From assembly GCA_030770535.1 (NCBI GenBank), contig JASVEC010000192.1:1-33731 (forward strand): a stretch of DNA of 33,731 bases, read 5' to 3'. Positions within the stretch are counted from its first letter, which is position 1; each line of letters begins with the position of its first letter. A program made the translations under genes and the position numbers. Origin of the DNA: Batkoa obscura. Its lineage: Eukaryota. The notes beneath the pieces were generated by a model that saw only the letters and a program-made list of their open reading frames with translations, made no database searches and was not told the origin of the DNA. This document shows, in pieces, positions 22,910 to 33,731 of the stretch.

Positions 22910-25044
22910 CTAAGAACAATCGGATGAAATAGGTGATTTGGAACTTGTGGAAGTGGACATTGAATCTTCAAAAGACGAGGTATCTTGAACACATTGAGTT
23001 TCATTTTTCATGAAATATTCGACCATTGGCCAAATTTTAGCTAAGGTAGTTAACCTTGATTGACAATACTCAATCTTTTCTTTATATTCGGAAGAATTTG
23101 TAGTTAAAAACACCGTCCTTGCATGATTTAAACCCATAGCAAAACAAAGAGATATGTAATAAACGCCTTTATAAAGATTATGATTAATGTTTAACTGATG
23201 TTTGTCTTTACGTTTGGAAGTCGGTTTATAACTTGGACTACATGTAAGTTCTACTGTTTTTACAAAATGTAAGATCCATTCAGCCGAGGCTATTGAACCC
23301 TTAAAACATTGCTTAGAATTTAAATCAAATTTTAATACATCTTCATAATCAAATTTAGGTAATTGATTATTGCTATTACTATTATTATTGTTATTGCTAT
23401 AACTCATTACTTTAGATTGAAAGATAGGTGAAGAATCATAATGAATTTCTTTAATAGATAAATTTAGTTTAATACTTTTAGCTAATTGATCATAAATTAT
23501 TGACAAATGTCTTGATACTTGTAATGTTATACAATGAAATAATAAAGTAATATCAATTCTTGTAATAAAATAATCGTCAATATTTGTTAAATTAGGACGT
23601 CGATAGATGTCTTTAATGATCCAATAAGATTGTCCAAATTTCTCTAATTTATCAATTAAAGTTTGACCTTCTATTAAATTTTTCAATATCTTTGAAGCTT
23701 CTAAATTCGGGTTTAAGTTTTTTTCTAATTGAGTTAACTCATACAATATCTCTGTTAATATTAAATAGCTTTCTACTTTTCCATGAGTTATACCTGAATG
23801 GGATGAATACTGAAATTGATCAGTTAATTAATTCAGAATAAAATAAAAAAATAAAAAATTTACATTATTTAAAAACATATCTGGATCTAATAATCTATAG
23901 CCTTTTAAAGATGGACAAGGTAAATAAGTATTAAAATCAATATTGGGATTCATTCTCATATTACAACATAATAATCGATCAACTACAATACATAAACTCC
24001 ATGCTGTTTCCCCATCGGAGGGTTCTTCAATTTCCATAGGATTTTGACTTCGTCGATATTCTCTCTTTTCTTTTAAGGAATGATAAGTTAACGTTTGTGC
24101 TAATCTATTAATATAAAGATTAAATTAAAGTTAAAGTTTAATTCTTAATTTCTATCTCATTATAATAATTAAAACAATTTATAGTTTAAATAAATTCTTA
24201 ACTTACCTAATAGCATTACCTAAAAGATTAAAAAAAGTACAATTAGTAAGTTTTTTATATAAACAATTTAAAGAATCTACTTACTAATCGACATCATAGC
24301 CCATTCAAAATTCCCCATTCCCATTTCCAAAATACAATTTAATAAATGAGTATGAACATTAGCTAAAGTAGGAGATAAATCGAATTCATGTAAGGCGATT
24401 TTAACTCTTTTATAAAATGGATTTAAATCTAATCTAGGGGGTGGTCGATTAGATATAAAATTAGCTAACGGTAATGTAGTTGCATAAATAGCATTTAATA
24501 AAATAGATTCGGATGCTTGTTTTTCAAAATGTTCTTCAATTAATTTACGAGATATCATGGAGGTAATTCCATATTGAAAGTTGTAATAAAGGGTTACTAG
24601 ATGTCGGTAGAAGACATTATGTTCTAGATAAAATATTAGTTTTAATAATTCTTTTAATTAGAAATAAAATTTGATAACGTTACCTAAAAATTTGGTATCC
24701 CTTTTTAAATTCACTTGATAATCTAATAGCTTTTGTAGATGCTCATAATAACTTTCTGGATCCTTTTTTAGTCCATTCAATATCTGCTCCAATTTCATTG
24801 GCTTTTTAATTACCTTTTTAAACTTCTCTTCTAACTCATTAAGCCTTGTTTCAATCCCAATCAACTCTTTTCCTTCGTATTCTTTTAGTTCTTTTTTATA
24901 ACTTAATTGCCATAAACTTTGATTATAGGTGAATGGATATACACAATCAACGTTTAATTTCATACACCGTTTGCAAACAGGTTGTAAGTTATCACATTTC
25001 TTTTTTCCTTTAAAACAACGTTCACAAGATTTACGTAATTTCAT
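22910..25044 (-). CDS. Zn(II)2Cys6 transcription factor with a fungal-specific TF (middle homology) domain; 5 exons including a 13-nt micro-exon (24219-24207)
   Basis: SCERCFKGKKKCDNLQPVCKRCMKLNVDC binuclear cluster and a following coiled coil. Splicing at GT-AG sites joins the ORFs and gives WAMMSISNAIRLAQTL and ETAWSLCIVVDRLL, matching Fungal_trans-type motifs. Confidence 0.88.
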
Positions 25045-26572
25045 ATTGAATGAGTCAATAAATTAATATTTAAAAGTCACAATTTATAAACAACTAAATT
25101 TCCAACCCTTCCTTTTTACTCACTTTTTATAGTTGTTGACGAATTAACTAAATTTCCTTTTGTTAATCTCCCTGATAGATAGTAATAAATTATTAATAAT
25201 AAATAATAAAGAAGAAATTATTATTCTAAAATTTCTATTTTATATCAAAAATTAAACTCCCTAAGACATTTGAGTTTCAGTTTTTAAAAAATTATTGGGA
25301 AAATAATAAGTTAAAAATTAAAAGTGGACTATTAATTTCAATTCGATAAACAAAAACAAAATTTACAATTTTATTTTGCTTTCATTATAATATTTTGAGT
25401 TCTAAAGTATTTATTATAGTTCTTTTATTTTTTAAAATAAAAATTAATATACAAAATAACTTGATTACGTTTAATTGGAATTTCTAATAAAATCTAGATG
25501 ATTTTATTTAGTAAACTTACCAATTTTTTAAAAAGATGAATTAGTAATTTAACTTGATTGGAACTTTATCCTCGAAGTTGAAACATTTCTTATATTGAAA
25601 AAAATAACAAAAGTAGTAAAGTAATACTGGCTATTGAGCACATTACATTACTTTGTATAAAATATTATCTTAATAACTTGTTTATCTAATATTTATTTCA
25701 AAATATTTCTTTCAATATTCAACTAAAATTTACAATTTTTTATAAATTAGGCAATTTAAAAATAACACCAAATTTCATAAACTTATGAAATTAATTGAAA
25801 TCAACAGATTTCAAAAAAAATATTATTTTTATTACTAATTTGAATATTTTATTTTAATTTTATAATTTTTTTTAGATATAAATAGTTGCTTAAATTGGAC
25901 TCAGCTTTGAATTTGACTAATTTTTATATGATTTAATTGGCTATTAAATATATAGTCTTCAATTGAACATTATTACTTGCATCCAATTAACTTCTGTTTC
26001 AATTTTTTAAAAATAAAATTTCTTTCTTTTCATTCTCTAATACGTTTTCCTTCTAATTAGCTAAATGAGTTGAAAGCCAAGATTGATCATTCTATTTGTA
26101 GTAATAAATTTTTTTCAAAAAGAAAAGAAAGGATTTTTAAAAAAAGAGCTTAATTATGAATAATAGGAAGCTATTAATAAGTTACTTATCAAATCTAATT
26201 TAAAAATTAAAGTTTATTATTATAACAAATAAAATGCAATAACTAGTATACTTTTTATTGGTAGTTATTTTTATTCGAAATTTTTAAAAAGTACTAAAAA
26301 TTCTAAAAATTACTAAATATAGTGAATTTCCTGCCAAATTCTCGTTTTTAAGATCAGAATGAAAAGTTGTTGATAAAAAATTCTACAACAAAAGTGGATT
26401 CTTTTTTCTATATCTTTTAATTTTTTGTTATATTTTAAAAGTTAATTAACTATTATAGTTTAATTTATATATATATAAAGGTAATTATCATTACTGTTAT
26501 CACTTTCTTAAAATTAAGTAGTTAAAAACTTTGAGTTTAATTCGTTTTCAATAAAATCTAGTTGATTCTAAC

Positions 26573-29540
26573 ATGTTTTGGGAACAAAATCAATATTTAA
26601 CATCGGATATTGATTTGTTATTAAATCAACCTAATTGTGGTATTGAATTATTATTATTACAACCTACTTTTTTACAAGAAGTTAAAGTTAATAATAAATT
26701 ACAGGCTTTGTAAGTTTACTTTACTTTACTTTATCTCATAGAATTAATGTTAATAAATAAATTATAAATTTATTAATTCTTTTTATTACTAGTTTATGTA
26801 ACAAAGAAAATTTAAAAACAATTATTAATCATTCATATACCTTACCAACAAAAGATATAATTTACGAAGCTAATGAAGAGGAACTCAATAAAACCACATT
26901 TACTAAATTAAACCCTACATTAACACAAGAATTAGCAACAGAATTATGTCATGAGATTCTTCTTCTCGATGCCTGGTCGATTTCCCAATCGATTTTGAGT
27001 TCCTTTGAATTAATGGAATTATTATTTATTGAACCATTAACAAGGGTAGAAGATTTAAAATTAGATTCATCTCTAAGCGGAAGGATTGGTAAAGTAACAA
27101 CACATTTTATTACTAGTAATTATCCTTCTTTACCAAGTTTTTTTCAATTAAAATGGAATACTATTTTTCCATTATTATGCAATAATTTTGAAGAACCAGC
27201 AATGGCAGAGTTAGCTTTGAGAATTTGGTGTTCTATTGAACCACCATGTGAAGATGAAAAGGAAGGGAATAAAAGTTTTGATGCAGAAGCATTTGCCGAG
27301 ATTTTAACAGATAATTTAAAACCAGAAGGAAATGAACAGGTAATAATAATAATAATAATAATAATTTAGGTTCATAATAATAATTTAGGTACATAATAAT
27401 ACACAACAATTTTTATTAGATATCATTACTTATTCTATGCCATCTCAATTACAACCTATGCATCCTACTACTAACTTAGTATTAAAAATGTTAAATGAAA
27501 TTAATATAGATAAGTTATTAAGTTACCTTAAATTAAGAGATGGAATTTCATTAAAATCCTCGATTCATTGTACTTTATGTATCTTAAGAGAATTATTATT
27601 ATGGAATCCAAGTAACTTTGGAGGTAACTTATCGCAATGTCATCGAAATTTAGTATTAAAAATAGGATCAAATATGAGGGAATTAATAGAATTGACTAAA
27701 CATGAGATGTTTGTGCCAAAAGAAATCACAAACACAACAGGTACTTTTATACCCCTAGGAAAAATAAGACTTCAAATTGGAGAAATTTATCTTCAATTAA
27801 TGAAAGCTTTATTTTATTATCAAAATTTAGCAAGTTCTTTATTACCAAGTAATAGACAAGTTAAGGGAAATAATCAAAATGAATTAGATGAGAACAAATC
27901 CATATTTGATAAAGAGGATAGTGACATTGATGAAAATAATATAGATAATAATGGATTGAATAGTTTATTAGAAGCTTTATCTATCAATTCAGATGATCAA
28001 TCTATGACGAATATGAATAATAATAAGACACATAAAAAAAAATTAAGTTTAAGCTTAAATAATTCATTATCAAAAGAAAAAACAATGGAAGAAAATAAAG
28101 AAGAAGATAAAGAAGTAATAGATAATAATAATAGTAATAATGAAACTAACAATCAACAACAACAAAAATTATCGGCATTTAATCCATTACAATTAGAACT
28201 AATAACTTATCATTATGAACTTAATACAATAATTATAAATCATTTTATTAATGAAAACATAATTGATTGGTTAACTGATTTATTTTTTGAATATAAATGG
28301 AATAACTTTTATCATTCTATATTTGTTGAATTAATTCATTTAATCTTTAATTGGGAATTATTAGAATTAACACCAGATAATCTATTAACTCCTCAACTAT
28401 CTCAAGGCATTAAATTAATTGAATACTTATTAAAAGAATGTCAATTAATTAGTAAAATTATTAATTTACATGAGGATAATATAAGAAGAGAAAAGAGTAT
28501 TCCTAGTATTGGTAATTTGGGTTATATTCTTCAATTAGGTAATACAATTCAACAATTTTTAATTAATAATCAACAATTGAATTTTGATGAAATTAAAAAT
28601 ATTAAACAATTAATTTTAAATCAGGGATGGGATAAGTATTATAATACAATCTTATCTCCAATTGAAATTAAATTAAATAATAATAATAATAATAATAATT
28701 CTATGTTTAATAATAATAAATTAATTCAATTAATTAATCAAAATAATTATGATTATACAATGAATGATTATGATTATGATTATGATGAAGAGAATGATGA
28801 AGAGAATGAAAATGAAAATGAAAATGAAAATGAAAATGAAAATGTTTTAGATTTAAGTAATAATATTAATCATAATGATGATGATGAAGATGAAGATGAT
28901 GAAGATGATGATGATTATATTATCAATCAACATACTAATTTAGATTATTCATCAGAATATATTGATATTGATAGATCTAGTTTTGATGATGAAGATTTAA
29001 ATGTAAGTTTAATTTTAATTCAATTTAATTTGAATCGTAATTTATCTTAATTTAATATATTTCAAATATTTACTATTATTAATTTTAATAGAAACAATAC
29101 TATGACGAAAGAGAAAGTGAATCAGATGAAGATGATTTAGCTTGGTTAAATAATCATAATGGATATAAAAATGAAATTATTGGTGGAGGAGGATTGATGC
29201 GTTCTTTTGCTAGTGATGACATTAATTTATTATCAGATAAAATCTTCCAAGAATTAATAAATAAAGAAGAGAAGGTAAGATCTTTATTATTAATTATAAT
29301 TATTAATTATTAATTATTTAGAATGAATTTAGAACTATTGAAAATGATGTTATTCAATTTGAATTAGATTTAGAACCTAATGAAAGTGAAGTCACTTTAA
29401 ATGAAGAATTGAATTATAATGAAAATTTAAAGTTTAATGAATTGGAATTTAATAATGAAGTAATTAATGGACAATTGGAAGCACAAGACTTACTAATTAT
29501 AGAAAAAGCAGGCACTAATGAAAATGAAAATGAAAAATAG
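26573..29540 (+). CDS. SAPS-family Sit4/PP6 phosphatase regulatory subunit; exons 26573-26709, 26793-27339, 27389-29002, 29092-29274, 29322-29540
   Basis: N-terminus MFWEQNQYLTSDIDLLLNQPNCGIELLLLQPTFLQEVKVNNKLQAFL; motifs PLGKIRLQIGEIY, LTDLFFEYKWNNFYH and IGNLGYILQLGNTI; acidic tail. All junctions are GT-AG and in frame. Confidence 0.88.
28677..28918 (+). repeat. Coding microsatellites in the SAPS gene: (AAT)n poly-N, (GAAAAT)n poly-EN, (GAT)n poly-D
   Basis: Directly visible tandem arrays. Confidence 0.85.
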
Positions 29541-30399
29541 ATTAAAAATATAATAAGAGTTAATATAATAAGTATTTTTGTGACTTTTAATTTAATTTGA
29601 CGTTGAAAGTAAATGTTTTTTGGATAAATTGATTTTTATGTTGTTTTTTAATCTATTCTTTATTTTTTACTTTAATATTTTTAACTTTTAATTGATAAGA
29701 ATATGAATCAATAATATAATAGGATGATAAGGATATGAATTCATATTATAACTCGTTTATAATAAACATAATTGATAAATCATATTATAGTAATTAAATT
29801 ACTTCAATAAAACAATTGTGTTAAAGTCAATTATTTTGTTTTATATTTTAATTTACAAAAGTTTAATTAATTTATTATGTAAATCCAGTCAAATTTTAGA
29901 ATCAATTTTAAAAAAGTTAATATTATTCAAGGTTCAATAAAAGTTGAATGCATTTTAAAAACTGATGTTAACAAGATTAATATTATAGTTATTACTAAGT
30001 TTAATGACATAGATATTAGATATGAATATAAAACAGTATTAATTAATGCATTTTAAATTAATGAAAACTATATAAATGATTATGTATCTTTGTTTAGATT
30101 TCTTTTTATTGAAATTTATTGAATTTATCTTATCTTATCTTATTACTTGTGTTAATTTAATTTAATCCAAATAGCACCTTTTCCCTTAAAGTTGTTTAAG
30201 AAGGTTTTGTAGCTTCCTATTGACCTTATTTAAGCATTTGACTTATCTTTTAATAACTTACCAATTACTGTATTACTAGACTTAAAAGATTCAATACCTT
30301 TATGACTTACATATTCAAAGTGATTCTTTTTTATTATTGAGTTATTTGAAATTGATTTAATTAATTTTGTTTTAAAAATCAATTATAGCTTTAAAACAT

Positions 30400-30498
30400 G
30401 GGAATGTATTTTTGTGTTTAAGAATTTTACTAACAATATTTCTATTCAAACAGTGCTTAAAAGACAGAGAAAGTGATAAAACTAAAAAAAATACCCCC
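30400..30498 (+). mobile_element. MITE copy 12
   Basis: Family core; flanks ACAT/AAAT. Confidence 0.88.
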
Positions 30499-30688
30499 AA
30501 ATATTAAAATTTTAATAAGTTAATTTGATATTATTGAACAACTTTATTAGAGCATGCAAATTTTCTTGTATTTTAACTAAGTTATAGTTAGTTAAAATCA
30601 ATCAATCAAGAGGATCATTAAGTTGCATCAAACTTTTATTATTAAAAATAAAAAAGGGATAACCAAAGATAGCTAAAGATAAGATTAG

Positions 30689-31041
30689 TTAATATCTATT
30701 TTCCATTAAGTAATCCAAAAGTTAAGAAATAGTGGATACAGCATCACCAAGTTGAGATTTTCCATTATAAATATCAATAATAATCTGATTTGTTTTATAA
30801 ATAATAGCACCATCTGTCTTATCATACATATACTTCTTTTTATTAATTATAATATCACCAGGAAAAAAGTATTTAGGTTATCAAGCCCTTTAATAATGAT
30901 CAATTTTTTTTCTGGTTCAAGATATAAACCTTTAGAAATTCCCAAAACGTCATCATTTTGACTATTAATAATAGTAGCGCCTACAAGGCAAAGGCGACTT
31001 GAACCTACTAATTTATCATCAACATAGTCTTGTAAAAACAT
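30689..31041 (-). pseudogene. Profilin pseudogene (intronless; frameshifts, internal stop, internal deletion)
   Basis: MFLQDYVDDKLVGSSRLCLVGATII...ISKGLYLEPEKKLIIIKGLDN, then after frameshifts KRSI...DGAIIYKTNQIIIDIYNGKSQLGDAVSTIS*LLDYLMENRY*. This follows the profilin pattern (YVD-x-x-LVG ... RSIYG ... G-x-x-x-x-KT-x-Q ... LADYL-x-x-x-GY). In-frame TAA at 30724-30722. Confidence 0.8.
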
Positions 31042-31895
31042 TGTTTTATTATTATTATTATTATTATTCAAATAGGAAAATTGTGTTTAAAAAATTGAAA
31101 TGGTTTATTACAGGAACAATTTCACAACTAGTATATCCCGTATTCTGACAAAAACAAATCGACAGACTTTTAATTATTTAATTTATTCAACAGTCCTTAA
31201 TATACTATCAAGAATCACGATTGGTAGTTCTCCGTTCTCTTAATTGTAATTGATTTTAAGATTTAAATAAAGGTAATTACTTTCATAAAGTATATTAGTT
31301 TCTCAATTAGTTCCTCAAAACAACTAGGTAGCTATCAATGCCAACCTTTTAGAATATAATCAATATTAATATAAAGTTTATAATAAATTAATTTTATTTT
31401 ATTTGGTATACAATATTATCATAATGATTTTTAGGTTCTTTTTACCTATTTAACAATATTAGAAATCTCAAATTTATGTCATATTATAATTTTTTATTTT
31501 TTATCTAAATTAGTATAAATAGATTAAAGTAAGCATATATAGTCATATATTATACTTTTAATGAATTCTTATTAGTCTTATTATTTTAAACTTATTATTT
31601 TAAAGTTAGCGTAAAATTTACAATTCATTCTATAAAAAGTGATAACTTATATTATGCCATCAATTTTCATCCTATATAACTTAATAGTCTTTGACATACC
31701 TTGTACTCTATATTAATGACTGTATTTAACATGGACTGTTGCTTCATTAACAAGGAACATTTATATTAATATTTATTGCTTATTAATTTGTTTATTCTTA
31801 TTAATAGAGATATTTTCATTTCATTTCATTTCATTTTATAAATGATTATAATATGATATTTGGAGTGGTTTAATGATTTTTTGAGCAAAAGAGAT

Positions 31896-31996
31896 GGGGA
31901 TGTATTTTTATGTTTGAGAATTTTACTAACAATTTTTCCATTCAAATAACGCTTAAAAAATAGAAAAGTAATAAATCGAAAAAAAAAAACATCCCC
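31896..31996 (+). mobile_element. MITE copy 13
   Basis: GGGGATGT...ACATCCCC, perfect AGAT TSD. Confidence 0.93.
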
Positions 31997-32637
31997 AGAT
32001 GTTAAACATGTTCTGTAAAAAACAGTCCTCGGAACTCCCAATTTATTTAGTTATGTATTTTATATAAAAAAGACGATACTCTGAATATGTATCTATTAAA
32101 TTTAAATTTAATGTCTTTTGTTTAATGTATATAGTGTATTATTTTAAATAATACAGCTTTTGTGCACTAATTTGTGCAAGTTGAATCTATGGTTTATTTT
32201 CATGATTTATCAAACTGGATGATTACTACATTGATAAGTAGTTATTTATTATATCACTTAATGAATCAATAAAAATAGGGATAATCAAGTATTTAGTTAA
32301 AAAATCGAAGCCTTTTAATTGAAGAATACAGCCCAGTTTTAACTAAAATATTGGTATTAATAGAAACTGTAAAGTAAATGTAGAATACTAAAAAAAAGCT
32401 AGTATTTTCGATTAATTCTCAACTAAATCAATTAAAAGTGTTTTTTATTTATATCTTTGGCTAATAATCGTTTTTGGAGTTTATGTCGCACAAAAATGAG
32501 CAAAAAAGGAAAACCGAACTACTAATGTTGAATTTGAGTTTTGATCTTTAAATTTATCCACATAAAATATTCTAATTAACTGCACATGATTTACTTTCAT
32601 TTTTATTGTCAACATTACTTATCAACAAACAATATAT

Positions 32638-32736
32638 AGGTGTATTTTTTTTAGCCTCATCACTTTTTTCATCTTTTAAGCACTATTTGAATGGAAAATT
32701 TGTTAATAAAATTCTTAAACGTAAAAATACATCCCC
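32638..32736 (-). mobile_element. MITE copy 14
   Basis: Reverse-orientation core ending ACATCCCC, ATAT TSD. Confidence 0.9.
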
Positions 32737-32873
32737 ATATAAAAAAAATCGATTTCAATTCCTGAGCTTTAAATTTAATGTTTATTTTTGACTAATTACA
32801 AAATCAAAAAATTTCATTTTCCAATAATTTTACTTTTGCACTCTTTAAACCTTAAAAAAGTCCAATATTAAGT

Positions 32874-33731
32874 ATGCAAGTATTGAAGAAAATATTACAA
32901 TTTCGACAGCCATTTTTAAGTAAATCAACTTTAATAAACAAAACTTTAGTACCTCACTTTACTCAGACTTTCCATTATTAATCGTCACTATGCTTCCGAT
33001 AGTAAATTCAATTCAAACTTAACTTCAGGATTTGATCAAAGTTATATATTTAATTCTGGACAAGGTAGAAGTTTAACAGATATTAAATATCGAACCGTTT
33101 GTTTACAATTATTTTTGGCAAGATGGGGTATTGAAGCAGCGATTAAAAATGGAGCTTCAGGTAAGTTAGAATTAATATTTTTAATTTGAACTGAGAGATA
33201 TTAATAGTAAATTTATTAATTTAGGTGATAGAATAGAGTCTGCTGATAGAGGTATTCAAAATGCAATAAGTGCTTGTGAGTTAAAGGAGAAGTTTAGTAA
33301 TAAGGTAAGTTTTGATATGGAAATAATTGAAAAAATTTATAAATTTAAATTTAAATTTAGGAGTTTCAATATTTAATTAAGCCATTAGGTACATGGAGTG
33401 ATATGGAATTAAATGAAAATAGTTGGTCATGGGAAGATTTTGGTAAGTATTTATTTTTGTATTATGTTTTTATATATGAAGAAGAATCTTTAATGGATTT
33501 ATTTCAAAGGTATGTTACAATGGACATAGGTATTATTGATAAATTACCTGAAATCAATTTCAACTTTTCCAAAGGTAATTTATTCAAATACAATGATACA
33601 ACCAAATCAACCTGAATCATATCCTTAATTTCTTAAATCAAATCAAATTTAACCCACAAGAAATGATACGATCACTGACTCTTTAGCTAAAATGGAATTA
33701 TGCATGGCGTAGTCAATCCCAAATGTTACTA
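32874..33731 (+). CDS. 5' part of an intron-containing gene, DUF4272-like domain with a probable mitochondrial presequence; several 1-nt deletions; runs off the window
   Basis: MQVLKKILQFRQPFLSKSTLINKTLVPH...NRHYASDS, then GQGRSLTDIKYRTVCLQLFLARWGIE...KFSNKEFQYLIKPLGTWSDMELNENSWSWEDFGMLQWT(fs)GIIDKLP. GT-AG introns at about 33161-33224, 33305-33360 and 33443-33509. The domain call is from remembered motifs only. Confidence 0.55.

Noticed and set aside
13..32736. MITE as a Tc1/mariner (TA TSD) derivative or a SINE
   Set aside because: AAAT, AGAT and ATTA direct repeats show 4-bp TSDs; there are terminal inverted repeats, no Pol III boxes and no poly(A) tail.
31826..32791. ORFs 31826-32041, 32606-32791 and also 19733-19954
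   Set aside because: Chance read-through of MITE sequence; they share LNGK-x-V-x-KILK-x-KNTSP only because they translate the same repeat.

Overview
AT-rich eukaryotic genomic DNA with short GT-AG introns (mostly about 47-100 nt) and a Zn2Cys6 factor, so fungal. An early-diverging (Zoopagomycota/Conidiobolus-like) lineage is my inference only. Host genes: a long SGFG-repeat nucleoporin (Nup49/Nup58-like), a ~1900-aa Msb2/Hkr1-like signalling mucin, a TBRG1-like FYRN/FYRC protein, RPL26, a Zn2Cys6 transcription factor, a SAPS-family (Sit4/PP6) regulatory subunit, a profilin pseudogene, and the start of a probably mitochondrial DUF4272-like gene at the right edge. The main unannotated structure is a DNA-transposon system. 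There are 14 copies of a ~99-bp MITE (GGGGATGT...ACATCCCC ends, 4-bp target-site duplications). A decayed full-length Sola-like DDD transposon (18361-20956, ATAT TSD) has matching ends, was itself hit three times by the MITE, and is nested inside an inverted partial copy of its own family. The MITE consensus also carries a 48-nt intron-like cassette (GTATTT...TACTAAC...TAG). Two LTR-like direct repeats bracket the nest. Several host genes carry single-base deletions that are probably assembly errors.
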